A stretch of DNA of 32,000 nucleotides from Ignicoccus pacificus DSM 13166 (GTDB lineage Archaea; Thermoproteota; Thermoprotei_A; Sulfolobales; Ignicoccaceae): positions 540,001 through 572,000 of the forward strand of contig CP006868.1 in NCBI GenBank assembly GCA_025340205.1, written 5' to 3'. The position numbers and the translations under genes were made by a program. Of this stretch, positions 9,019-18,405 are shown one piece after another (within the stretch, counting starts at the first letter, position 1; each line of letters begins with the position of its first letter). The notes under the pieces are model-generated. The model did no database searches. It worked only from the letters and a program-made list of their open reading frames with translations, and was not told where the DNA came from.

Positions 9019-9890
9019 GCTATCACCTTGCCCAGCTGCGTTCCCACATAGAGATACTTCCCCCAGTAAACTGAGTAAGGCATCCTGGGCTCTAGGACCA
9101 AGATTTGATCTCCTCTGATATCGTATATCCTCACCTTCCCACCCATGGTATCCGCCACCGCTATGTATCTACAATCCGGAGAGAAGGTAACGCTCCAAGC
9201 CCTTCCTCCTATCTCCCTCTCCCACAAGAGCCTTAGCTTAGTTCCATTTGCTTTAAACAGCATTACAGAGGTGCTGGTACCTACCGCTAGGAGGCCTTTA
9301 CAATAAGATGTGCTCATGGCCTCCCTTCCTCCTAAGGGGTAAGTTTTGAGAATAGTTCCATTGAGTGAGAGCATCGTTATCCTCTCCTCTGTAAGTTCGG
9401 GAACATAAATTATCTTCCCATCGGTGCTCGGTTTCCCCACGAAGACCGTATCGTACTCCCAGAGCTTCTTGCCGTCGTAGGTGAAGGCAGCGCAGCCCAC
9501 GTAGCAAGCGACGAAGAACTTCTTGAAGGCGACTAGTTTTCCCTTAAAGCTGTACACCTTGAAGGACCTTATGGTGCCGTTCGGTAGGTATACGTAAGCG
9601 TTTCCGTTGTAATTAGTAAAGACGAACAGCTTTCCGTTTGTCCCGACCCCTGACATCGCCGGAGCAGCGCAAACCCCGCTCACGTTGGCACAGAACTTGT
9701 AGAACAATGATGTTCCATTGAGCAAGTAGGCGCAGGTGTCGTCAGAGGCCACCCCTAACAAGGCGCCATTGGAGGTCATGTCCTCTACCTTTCCCCACGT
9801 TTGAAATACGAAGACCTTAGATACGTTCAATGCCATTAAAGGTAGCAGAAGGATTAATAACAGTAGCGAGTTCCTCATGCTTTTTACCAA
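9003..9890 (-). CDS. secreted beta-propeller-like (WD40/PQQ-type repeat) protein
   Basis: N-terminal signal-like helix; repeating YPNGT/LNGT and GKRIYIYD-like blade segments (GGKVRIYDIRG). Confidence 0.7.
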   Translation of the reverse strand: MVKSMRNSLLLLILLLPLMALNVSKVFVFQTWGKVEDMTSNGALLGVASDDTCAYLLNGTSLFYKFCANVSGVCAAPAMSGVGTNGKLFVFTNYNGNAYVYLPNGTIRSFKVYSFKGKLVAFKKFFVACYVGCAAFTYDGKKLWEYDTVFVGKPSTDGKIIYVPELTEERITMLSLNGTILKTYPLGGREAMSTSYCKGLLAVGTSTSVMLFKANGTKLRLLWEREIGGRAWSVTFSPDCRYIAVADTMGGKVRIYDIRGDQILVLEPRMPYSVYWGKYLYVGTQLGKVIAYSLR

Positions 9891-11182
9891 GGTATCTTCT
9901 TGCCGGGATTAAGTATCATGTTCGGATCCATAGCCAACTTCACCTTCCTCCATAGTTCCAAGGTCTCTTCGGGAACCTCGCACTTCACCAAGGGTAGCTT
10001 GAGGAGACCTATTCCGTGCTCGCCGCTGACCGAAGCCCTAAACCTCTTACTCATCTCACAAGCCATTTCAGTTGCCTTCCTTATCGCGTCCTCAAGCCAG
10101 TCCTCCTTCTTAGGAGGTAGCAAGTTCACGTGAAGGTTTCCGTCCCCCACGTGGCCGAATACCGCCACGTTCCACTCACCAGCGCTTTCGTACACGAATT
10201 TTATTGCTTGAGAGAGTTGGCTTATGGGAACGGCTATGTCCCAATCAGATCTGGACCCGTACTTGTAGGTCAGCGCTTGTCCTCCCAGCTTGCGGTACTT
10301 CCATATCTCCTCATAATCCCTCTCCATTACCTCAAGCCTTTCCTTTACAATGTCTATCTTCTTGTCAGCATCCTCATCATCAAATTCCACCAATAAGGCG
10401 TCCCTTTCAGGGAGCTTGAAGGGCGCGGAGGGGTGCACATTGACCGCCATTACAGTATTCGAATCCATGAATTCGAGGGCCGAAGGATTCAGGTCCAGGA
10501 GCTCAGCAACCAAGTCCCCGAGTTCATCTACCTCGACGAAAGCAATCACGGCCTTCCTTTCCTTAGGTACTTTCTCCAACTTCAGCAACGCCTTGGTTAT
10601 CACTCCTAATGTGCCCTCTGAACCGATGAGGAGCTGCTGGATCCTCATCCAAGTGCTGCTTTTTCTAGTCCATGAACCGCTCCACACTACCTCTCCCGTC
10701 GGAGTTACGAACTCCAGTCCTTGCACTCTGTCGGCCGTTACTCCGTACTTAACGGCCCTTATCCCTCCAGCGTTGGTCGCTACCATCCCACCTATGGTAG
10801 CTATGTCGTAACTTCCAGGATCTACTGGAAACCAGAGGGAGTACTCCTTCAAGACTTCGTTGAGCTCCGAGGGCTTCCAAGAGGCCCCCACTAGGGCAAG
10901 TTTGTCCTTGGGAGAAACCTCAAGGTAATCTAACAAGGAGGTGTCGAGTATTGCCCCTCCGTTTGGGAGGGGCGAACCTACGAGGCTGGTACCGCCACCA
11001 AAGGGGTATATTGATACCTTCTCTCCATTGGCCCACCTAATAACCTTTGCCACCTCTTGGGCATCTTTTGGAAAGAACGCCAGCTCGGGATAATCTCCCT
11101 TGAGAGGGGAGGCGTCGTGGAGATAAGCTTTGAATAACTCTTCATCTTGAAGGCAAAGAACTCCTATGTCGGGGCACTTCAC
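9884..11182 (-). CDS. FAD-linked oxidase / GlcD- or D-lactate dehydrogenase-like
   Basis: YPFGGGTSLVGSPLPNGGAILDTSLL FAD-binding motif, C-terminal GEHGIGLLK and MDPNMILNPGKKI. Confidence 0.93.
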   Translation of the reverse strand: MKCPDIGVLCLQDEELFKAYLHDASPLKGDYPELAFFPKDAQEVAKVIRWANGEKVSIYPFGGGTSLVGSPLPNGGAILDTSLLDYLEVSPKDKLALVGASWKPSELNEVLKEYSLWFPVDPGSYDIATIGGMVATNAGGIRAVKYGVTADRVQGLEFVTPTGEVVWSGSWTRKSSTWMRIQQLLIGSEGTLGVITKALLKLEKVPKERKAVIAFVEVDELGDLVAELLDLNPSALEFMDSNTVMAVNVHPSAPFKLPERDALLVEFDDEDADKKIDIVKERLEVMERDYEEIWKYRKLGGQALTYKYGSRSDWDIAVPISQLSQAIKFVYESAGEWNVAVFGHVGDGNLHVNLLPPKKEDWLEDAIRKATEMACEMSKRFRASVSGEHGIGLLKLPLVKCEVPEETLELWRKVKLAMDPNMILNPGKKIPW

Positions 11183-11233
11183 TTTTGGTTCCCCAGAACG
11201 GTAAAGATGACCCCTTAACTCCTTTGGATGTCC

Positions 11234-11734
11234 TCACTTCTCCTTCTCCACCTTTATCCCCGCCATGTAAAGCAACATTTGTCCCATCATCTTCTTCAGC
11301 TCTTTCATATCATCAACTAAGAGGTCAACCTTGTTGTCCAGCCTAGCAACCGCCACTTTGAGTTCCTCCACATCTTTCTCGAGCTCGTAAACTCTATGCT
11401 CCAAGGAGTCGAGCCTTTTGTTGGTATCGTCTATTCTTTTATTCAGCTCGTCCCTAACTAGCTCTATCTTCTTGTCCAGCCTTTCCTCAGTTGCTTTGAT
11501 ATCATTCCTTAGTCTTTCCTCAGTCTCCTTTATCATCTCTCTGTTCAATTGAATCTGCCTTGAAAGCTCGTCATATCTCAATCTGACCTCGTTTAGAACC
11601 ATGAAGAGCAATAGGAAGTTCGCTTCTTCACTCGTTAAAGGCTTTCCGCTTTGAATTTTATTTATCAGCTCTCCGAACTTCTCTCTTGCAAAATCATAGG
11701 CAATCTCTAAGGTCTTGTCGACCAAGAAGGCCAA
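11234..11734 (-). CDS. long coiled-coil protein of unknown function
   Basis: Heptad-like pattern through most of the protein (IKETEERLRNDIKATEERLDKKIELVRDELNKRIDDTNKRLDSLEHRVYELEKDVEEL). Confidence 0.75.
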   Translation of the reverse strand: MAFLVDKTLEIAYDFAREKFGELINKIQSGKPLTSEEANFLLLFMVLNEVRLRYDELSRQIQLNREMIKETEERLRNDIKATEERLDKKIELVRDELNKRIDDTNKRLDSLEHRVYELEKDVEELKVAVARLDNKVDLLVDDMKELKKMMGQMLLYMAGIKVEKEK

Positions 11735-11887
11735 CTTTATCCCTCCAATAAGATGGGGAGATTGTATTTATGCGAGAGAGTTGGGCGGAAGTTTTTGACT
11801 CATAGGACGAAAGGGTCCATCTCAAAGCGCTCTTAGGAAGCTCGCTCAGGGAAAGGCTATTCAGAAGCCCCGCTTAAGGAGGGATCG

Positions 11888-12820
11888 GTGGAGACCGTGT
11901 ACAACGTCCCCCTCAAGACCTTCAACTGGTTCGTTGAGATACAGACTCCGTGTTCTGCTCACATGCACGGAATAGTAAAAATGTTGTACTCTGGAAGGAG
12001 CAAGTACCAAGAGATAGTGGTGGCCGAGCTCTGTAACGTAGGAAAGGCACTCGTACTTGACGGCAAGATCCAGTCCTCCCTGTACGACGAGTGGATCTAC
12101 CACGAGAGCTTAGTTCACCCGGTAATGTTAGCTCATCCAAACCCCAAGAGGGTGGCCGTGATAGGTGGCGGGGAGGGTGCTACCATAAGGGAAGTCTTGA
12201 AGCACGACGTAGAGGAAGTAGTAATGGTTGACCTAGATGAGGAGGTAATTAAGGTAGCTAAGGAATACCTTCCCGAGTGGCACCAAGGAGCCTTCGACGA
12301 TCCTAGGACGAAGCTGGTAATTCAAGACGGGAGGAAGTTCTTGGAAGAGCTCGAGCCCGGAAGCTTCGACGTAATAATCCTAGACCTAGTCGATCCCACT
12401 GAAGGGGCTCCCGCCGCAAAGCTCTACACCAAGGAGTTCTATCAGCTCGTCAAGAGGGCGCTAAAGGACAACGGAATAATGGTTACCCAAGCTACCTCTA
12501 CTTCCTACACCTTAAAGATGTTCACAGTAATATACAGGACCGTAAAGGAGGTCTTCGAGAACGCCGGAGGTTATCATTCCTTCGTCCAAGCCTTCGACGC
12601 CACTTGGGGCTTCGTGTGGGGCTCTGACAAGCTGGATCCGTCGAAACTGAGCTCCGAGGAAATCGACAAGCTCATAAAGGAGAGGATAAAGGGAGAGCTG
12701 AAGTACTACGACGGAACCACTCACTTGGGCATGTTCGCCCTCCCCAAGCACGTCAGAAAGGCTATGGAAGAAGAAACCGTGGTCAGCACCGACGAGAAGC
12801 CCTTCCTCCTCGAGATATGA
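11888..12820 (+). CDS. speE: polyamine aminopropyltransferase (spermidine synthase)
   Basis: VAVIGGGEGATIREVLKH, MVDLDEEVI, DVIILDLVDPTEGPA-like motif. Confidence 0.94.
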   Translation: METVYNVPLKTFNWFVEIQTPCSAHMHGIVKMLYSGRSKYQEIVVAELCNVGKALVLDGKIQSSLYDEWIYHESLVHPVMLAHPNPKRVAVIGGGEGATIREVLKHDVEEVVMVDLDEEVIKVAKEYLPEWHQGAFDDPRTKLVIQDGRKFLEELEPGSFDVIILDLVDPTEGAPAAKLYTKEFYQLVKRALKDNGIMVTQATSTSYTLKMFTVIYRTVKEVFENAGGYHSFVQAFDATWGFVWGSDKLDPSKLSSEEIDKLIKERIKGELKYYDGTTHLGMFALPKHVRKAMEEETVVSTDEKPFLLEI

Positions 12821-12850
12821 TTTTCTTCCCCTCCCGTCTCCCAACCGGAG

Positions 12851-13546
12851 TTGAGGTTGGAGGAGAGGGAGGTCGAGAGACTCCTTTACGTAGTCCCTTC
12901 AATCGTCTTGTTCTTAGCTCTGACAAATACTTCAATGGCCTCCCTCTCCTTTATTGGTCTCTTATCCTCCGCCGTGCTCTACTTCCTAGGTTATCCGGGA
13001 CCTGCCACCGCTACCTTGTTCTCCACAGCAGTTTCCGTCGGCTTGAAAGCCTTAGATTCCTACATCTCACAGCCTAGAATAATAAAGATCTACACAAATA
13101 CAACCGTGACTAAGGTTCTCGTCGTTACAGCTAAAAGCGTAGAGATAAGGACTTCTATGATCACAGTAACCGAGACTCTAACGGAAACTTACTTTAAAAC
13201 CAGAAACATAACTTTGACCAACACAAAAACTATAACTTTAACAAAGACCTTCTGTGGGAAAATAATCAAGCTAGTCAGCTACACTATACTCCCACCGGCC
13301 AGATGCGACGAGGTGTTCGCTTGTACCGCCCCTCCAGACGTCAACCTCTTCATTGGTGAGAACTTAACTGTAGGAACGATGCCTCTCCCCGGCACTCCCC
13401 CTACCTTGATCTACACACCCATAGGAAGGTGGGAAAACGTCGAATGTAATTCGACGTTTACGTTGAAAGAAGGTGAAAGAATTCTCATCGCAAGGCCTTA
13501 CTTTGGTCAGCCGCCGGAGAACGTGACGATATCTTGCGTGCGTTAG
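12851..13546 (+). CDS. membrane-anchored, Thr-rich hypothetical surface protein
   Basis: N-terminal hydrophobic segments followed by Thr-rich stretch (TVTETLTETYFKTRNITLTNTKTITLTKTF). Confidence 0.65.
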   Translation: MRLEEREVERLLYVVPSIVLFLALTNTSMASLSFIGLLSSAVLYFLGYPGPATATLFSTAVSVGLKALDSYISQPRIIKIYTNTTVTKVLVVTAKSVEIRTSMITVTETLTETYFKTRNITLTNTKTITLTKTFCGKIIKLVSYTILPPARCDEVFACTAPPDVNLFIGENLTVGTMPLPGTPPTLIYTPIGRWENVECNSTFTLKEGERILIARPYFGQPPENVTISCVR

Positions 13547-14718
13547 AGCTTCTTTACGGCTCTCACATATATCTCCTTAGCCTTGTAGAGATGGTCTATA
13601 GGTACCCACTCGTTTGGAGTATGGGCTACCTCCAGATGACCTGGACCTATTACTACTGCATCGCTTCCAGCGGTTCCGTAGAACCTCTGATCGGTTCCGC
13701 CGGAGAGCACGACCTTCTTGACGGGTAGCTCCATTTCCTTTAATGTTTCTTCTAATACCTTAACTATCTTTGAGTCTTCGCTAACCACGTATCCATCCAT
13801 AGCCATGGCTTCCACGTACTCACCTCCGGCCTTCTCGACCGCTCTCCTCAGCACTTCCCTCGCTTGCTCGGCCTCTACCTCCGGGATCAACCTTAGATCT
13901 ATTGAGAACTCGGCTTCTCCGGGGACGCTGTTGAAGTTGGAGGTTCCCACCCTAACTATTCCTCCGAAGTTGACCGTTATCGTTTTAGCCAAGGGATGAC
14001 CCATCGCATATTCATACTTGCTATACACCATCGAAAAGGCGTTCTTCAACTCCTCCTCTATTAGGGGTAAGGCCTTAGCTGCCTTCACGAAGGCGTTCTC
14101 TCCTAGCCACGGAGCTGAGGCGTGAGCTTGCTTGCCCCTGAACCTTGCCCATGCCCACACCGCTCCCTTGTGACCTATGTCTATTTCCAAGTTGGAGGGC
14201 TCTCCTATTATTACGTACTTAGGTATGGGGAAATCCTTGCTTAGAACGTTAACTCTATATTCAGTGCCACATGCCCCTCCTATCTCTTCATCTGGAACAG
14301 CGACGAGTTGCACATCGTCCAGCTCGCAGAAGGCTGAGGTCATTGAGGCGAGTCCTCCCTTCATGTCAACAGCTCCTCTTCCGTAGAGCTTGTTTCCTTC
14401 GATCCAAGGATCGAAGGGATCCCTCTTCCAGCCCGTTCCGGGAGGGACGACGTCGTAATGACCGTTGAACTCGAGCTTAGGATCTCCCTTTCTCGCTATT
14501 ATGATATACCTGTCATAATCCGCGCGACATCTCTCCTTTCTATATTCATCGTCGACCTTGTAGACCTTCACTTCATCCGCGCATTTCTCCAAAATTCCCT
14601 TCATGAACTCGGCGAACCTCTTGAACTCAGGAGCGTATTCCTTCACTTCCTCTGTATTCTCCTTTAGGGATACAGTTTTGAACTTGATCATTTCCTTGAG
14701 AAGCTCCACGGGATCCAA
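13543..14718 (-). CDS. M20-family metallopeptidase / deacylase (ArgE/DapE-like)
   Basis: NGHYDVVPPG, YGRGAVDMKGG, PDEEIGG, IGEPSNLEIDIGHKG. Confidence 0.93.
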   Translation of the reverse strand: MDPVELLKEMIKFKTVSLKENTEEVKEYAPEFKRFAEFMKGILEKCADEVKVYKVDDEYRKERCRADYDRYIIIARKGDPKLEFNGHYDVVPPGTGWKRDPFDPWIEGNKLYGRGAVDMKGGLASMTSAFCELDDVQLVAVPDEEIGGACGTEYRVNVLSKDFPIPKYVIIGEPSNLEIDIGHKGAVWAWARFRGKQAHASAPWLGENAFVKAAKALPLIEEELKNAFSMVYSKYEYAMGHPLAKTITVNFGGIVRVGTSNFNSVPGEAEFSIDLRLIPEVEAEQAREVLRRAVEKAGGEYVEAMAMDGYVVSEDSKIVKVLEETLKEMELPVKKVVLSGGTDQRFYGTAGSDAVVIGPGHLEVAHTPNEWVPIDHLYKAKEIYVRAVKKL

Positions 14719-14754
14719 AGGAAGGCGCCCACAATACCTTCGAGAGACTGGTAT

Positions 14755-15408
14755 TTAGTAAACGGTAACTATCCTCTCACCCCTCTCCTCCCTGGCTATC
14801 CTCAAGCCCTCAGCTGCCTTGGCGACTGCTTCCCTAGGCCTTTTACCTATTCCAATTCCTATCTTGACCTCCTTGAAGAGGTTGAGGACCGATGATGCAA
14901 ATGAGAATGCTTCCTCCTTTCCCAAGAAGGCTATTACGTTGTCTCCTCCGAGGTAGGAGACCACCCCTCCCAAGGGGAGGGCCATCTTCACAAGGGTATC
15001 AAACATTCCTACCGCTTCCACGTAGCCCAAGTAGTGAGGCCTTACACTAATGTGGTCTATGTCTACGTGAACCGCCGTAACTGGACCTTCTTCCCCTTCT
15101 TCGAGAGGGTTCCAAAGGGCTTCGAGGGGAGTTCTACCATAGCCTACTATCACCTTGAGGGGCACAGGGGAGGCCTTCTCTATTTCCTTTACCACATTTT
15201 CGAAGCAATTGATATCAACGTTGTTTAAGATAAAGGTCAAGACGTCTCTTCGTGTGGGTAAGTAGAAGGCCTCGCACTCGGAAGCCTTCAGGGAGGAGAT
15301 CTTATCTAATTCCCCCTGAACGGCTTGTATCTTCCATTCCCTATCGCTTCCCAGACTTTCCGTCCACTCTCTGTATCCCTCGAGAACCACCCTTGCTGCC
15401 TTGTACAT
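14755..15408 (-). CDS. arfA: archaeal GTP cyclohydrolase III
   Basis: HVDIDHIS, VVSYLGGDNVIAFLG, VKIGIGIGKRPREAVAKAAEGLRIAR typical of GTP cyclohydrolase III. Confidence 0.88.
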   Translation of the reverse strand: MYKAARVVLEGYREWTESLGSDREWKIQAVQGELDKISSLKASECEAFYLPTRRDVLTFILNNVDINCFENVVKEIEKASPVPLKVIVGYGRTPLEALWNPLEEGEEGPVTAVHVDIDHISVRPHYLGYVEAVGMFDTLVKMALPLGGVVSYLGGDNVIAFLGKEEAFSFASSVLNLFKEVKIGIGIGKRPREAVAKAAEGLRIAREERGERIVTVY

Positions 15409-16507
15409 CCCCTTCTCCGCTCTCCCCGCTATCCCTCCCTTTACTCTTCTTCCTTAGAAGCCAGAGCCTCCTCTTGTACTCGCTCAGCGGATGATTCTTT
15501 TTACACTCCTCCTTCCCGGGACATAGGTTCCACGAGAATAAGGTTCTGCACGATGGAGGGCTATATTTCGTCCTGGAACCCCTCAGACCCGCCAAGTGCT
15601 CTACTTGGTACCTCGCTATCCTTTCATTGAAGTCTGGAGCTCTGGAGAATACCTCTAGGACTTCGTCGACATCTAATCCTACGTTGAGTAAGAAGGTAGC
15701 TAGAGTGAATCTTTCCTGATGTGAAAGGTTCTCGCCGTCCAAAGCTCTGCGGTAAATTAGGGAAATGCAAGGAGGCAGTGCCTCCGGAACGAGACCTTGA
15801 ACCTCCACGCTTATCTTTCTCTTTTTCTGTATGCCCCTTCTAACCTCCTTTGCCAACTCCTCAACTATTTCCCTTATCTTGTCCGGCAACGCCTCTACAT
15901 CTATCCTACCTATTTCGTTTATGTCATTAACGACCTTTTTGTAAACGGCTTCTTGAGCGAGTCTCACCACCTCCTCAGGCTTCAAGTAGACGAACCCCCC
16001 AACCAAGGCCTTGTTTACTACTTTCCAATGGGCATCGCTCAAGAACCTAGTAGCGAGGGAGACGTAGGTGGGAAGGCTCATTCTAGCTGGGTAAACCTCG
16101 CTGAGCGTGCTGCCCTTGTACACCCTTACAGGGACGGAGAGAGGTTTACTCAAGGTCTCTACGTCATACCCCATTATTCTCAAGACGTTGACCACTACCC
16201 CGAGATCGTCCTTGGAGAAGTTGTCGTAGGCCTCCGTGGCTATTTCGTTAGCCAGCTTGTTCTTGAGCCACTTGTCATCTAAGGCCGCTGCAATGATTAT
16301 TGCCAGCTTGTAGCCTAGAACGGTGCAAAGCTCGTCACATTTGTATTTCTCCTTGGTCTTTCCAATAGCCCTTTCCAGCAAGTTTTTTGCTTTTTCTATG
16401 CCTTCTGGCACCATATCCAAGAGCTCCGTTGCGTCGAGCTCCTCGCCAAAGATTATTCTGCTTACCTTCGAGAGGTCGGCAATGAAGGGGTACTTCGAAT
16501 AGATCAA
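15341..16507 (-). CDS. priL: archaeal DNA primase large subunit
   Basis: C-terminal Fe-S region with YSPPSCRTLFSWNLCPGKEECKKNHPLSEYKRRL, helical N-terminal domain. Confidence 0.88.
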   Translation of the reverse strand: MIYSKYPFIADLSKVSRIIFGEELDATELLDMVPEGIEKAKNLLERAIGKTKEKYKCDELCTVLGYKLAIIIAAALDDKWLKNKLANEIATEAYDNFSKDDLGVVVNVLRIMGYDVETLSKPLSVPVRVYKGSTLSEVYPARMSLPTYVSLATRFLSDAHWKVVNKALVGGFVYLKPEEVVRLAQEAVYKKVVNDINEIGRIDVEALPDKIREIVEELAKEVRRGIQKKRKISVEVQGLVPEALPPCISLIYRRALDGENLSHQERFTLATFLLNVGLDVDEVLEVFSRAPDFNERIARYQVEHLAGLRGSRTKYSPPSCRTLFSWNLCPGKEECKKNHPLSEYKRRLWLLRKKSKGRDSGESGEGDVQGSKGGSRGIQRVDGKSGKR

Positions 16508-16597
16508 CCTTCATCGAGTTCCCTAGCTCGAAAGAGCTTATTAGAGGGTTACCGCAAGATAACCCTCATGCTAATACCTCCCCCATAGCACAACTAG

Positions 16598-18316
16598 ATG
16601 GGCGAGAAAATCATGAGAATTAGGAGAATTGCTGAGATCATGGAAGCCCTTGCTCAGATTCCACACACCTCAGTCCTAGGAGTGATAGAGGGAGGTAAGC
16701 TCCTCTCCCTCTCCTTGGTCCAAAGGGACAAAGCCCTTTACTCCTTGGATCCCGAGAGCGGGAAGATGGAGAGGCTCACGAAGGGATTCGTGAGCCTTCC
16801 CTCGATACCTCCCTACTTCTCCTCTGAGATCTACTTCGCTAGAGATGTCTCCTCGGGGAAGGAGCTTCACAAGCTCTACAAGTTGGATGTTAACAAGAAG
16901 GAGGAAGAAGAAATAGAAATGGAGCCTATGAGAATAACGAGCATTGTTCACAGCGACAAAGTATTCTTCGTGGGATCTAAGGAGAAGAACACGATATACT
17001 TAGTGGAGGGCGGAAAGGTAGAGGAAGTAGCGAGCTTTCACGAGGTGTTCAGCATAACCGATTACTCCCAAGGTCTCCTAGTGGGTTCAGGCTTCTTCAA
17101 GAGTCCTAGGAGCTCGGAGCTCTTGTTGATAAAGGATGGGAGTGTCGAGATCTTTACTCCAAAGGAAGGAAGCGTCAACGAGAATCCGATCATAGTCGGA
17201 GACAAGATAGTGTTCTCGAGCAACTTTGAGGGATCTCCGAAGCTCTACGTCCTAGATCCAGAAACTAAGGATGTGGAGAGATTGGAGTACGAGGAAATAG
17301 ATAGGTTCTCCCCTTACGAGTTCTCCTTCCTCTGGAAGGGCAAAGATCAAGAGCTAATAGCAATAGCGAAGAAGGACGGAAGAAGCAGGGTATTCGTAGA
17401 CGGAAAAGAAATCAAGGGTCCCCTAGGAAACTATTCAACGGCGTTCGTCGTCGAGGGCAAGGTCTATGCTACATTCACTAACTCCTTTACTCCTTCAAGC
17501 GTCATAGAACTTAAGGAAAATAGGTTCATATTCAAGCCCGAAGTTCCTGAAGTGTTAAAAGGAGTTGTAAAGGAGGTCATATTCAGGAAGATAAGGTCGT
17601 TCGACGGAACGGAGGTTCCTACCTTCATCGTGCTTAGCTCCCTCTCTGAGGTACCAGGAAAGGCCGTCATGCTCGTTCACGGAGGACCTTGGGCTGAGGA
17701 CGACGATCGCTTCGATGTGATGACCTATTCTTTGGCAAGCATGGGATATCACGTGATAAGGTCGAATTACAGAGGGAGCACCGGCTACGGTCCGGAACAC
17801 ACGTTGAAGATTATGGGAGATCCTTGTGGAGGGGAGCTCAAGGACTTGATAGAAGTGGCTAGAAGCTTGAAGGGAGAGATAGCGAAGGAGATGTGCATAG
17901 CTGGCTATAGCTACGGAGGTTACATGACGCTATGTGCCTTAACTAAGTACCCGGATGAGTTCAAGTGCGGGGTAGCTGGGGCCTCCGTCGCCGACTGGGA
18001 GGAGATGTACGAGCTCTCGGATGCTATATTCAAGGGCTTCATAGAGCTGCTGTTCGCTGGAAGGAATGACTTGTTCAAAGAGAGAAGTCCAATAACCTAT
18101 GCTGAAAACTTGAAGGCTCCCCTATGCCTAATACAACCTCAAAACGACTCCAGAACTCCCTTAAAACCCGTGCTGAAGTTCATGGAAAAGCTAAACGAGC
18201 TCGGCAAGACCTTCGAGGCCCACATAATACCTAACATGGGCCATGCCCTAAGGACCGTAGATGATATGGTGAACGTGCTAATGCCAATGTTAGTGTTCCT
18301 TGAAAAGGAGATGTAG
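16598..18316 (+). CDS. S9-family prolyl oligopeptidase / acylaminoacyl-peptidase
   Basis: N-terminal propeller plus C-terminal hydrolase with MLVHGGPWAEDDD, AGYSYGGYM nucleophile elbow, QPQNDSRTP and GHAL. Confidence 0.93.
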   Translation: MGEKIMRIRRIAEIMEALAQIPHTSVLGVIEGGKLLSLSLVQRDKALYSLDPESGKMERLTKGFVSLPSIPPYFSSEIYFARDVSSGKELHKLYKLDVNKKEEEEIEMEPMRITSIVHSDKVFFVGSKEKNTIYLVEGGKVEEVASFHEVFSITDYSQGLLVGSGFFKSPRSSELLLIKDGSVEIFTPKEGSVNENPIIVGDKIVFSSNFEGSPKLYVLDPETKDVERLEYEEIDRFSPYEFSFLWKGKDQELIAIAKKDGRSRVFVDGKEIKGPLGNYSTAFVVEGKVYATFTNSFTPSSVIELKENRFIFKPEVPEVLKGVVKEVIFRKIRSFDGTEVPTFIVLSSLSEVPGKAVMLVHGGPWAEDDDRFDVMTYSLASMGYHVIRSNYRGSTGYGPEHTLKIMGDPCGGELKDLIEVARSLKGEIAKEMCIAGYSYGGYMTLCALTKYPDEFKCGVAGASVADWEEMYELSDAIFKGFIELLFAGRNDLFKERSPITYAENLKAPLCLIQPQNDSRTPLKPVLKFMEKLNELGKTFEAHIIPNMGHALRTVDDMVNVLMPMLVFLEKEM

Positions 18317-18357
18317 CCTCGGTCAGCGAAGATCTCCTCATCGCTCAGCTCCGCCGG

Positions 18358-18386
18358 AACGCCTCATCGGCGTTTTCCTTTTCTTT
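18358..18386 (+). terminator. hairpin followed by pyrimidine/T-rich tract; possible terminator for the S9 peptidase gene
   Basis: AACGCC-TCATC-GGCGTT perfect 6-bp stem (18358-18374) followed by TTCCTTTTCTTTG. Confidence 0.4.
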
Positions 18387-18405
18387 GTACTACCTAATGA
18401 GGTAA

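Noticed and set aside
9900-10811. Plus-strand ORFs (9900-10133, 10130-10396, 10350-10811) opposite the FAD-linked oxidase
   Set aside because: Antisense shadow ORFs with Ser/Leu-rich composition; the minus-strand gene carries clear conserved motifs.
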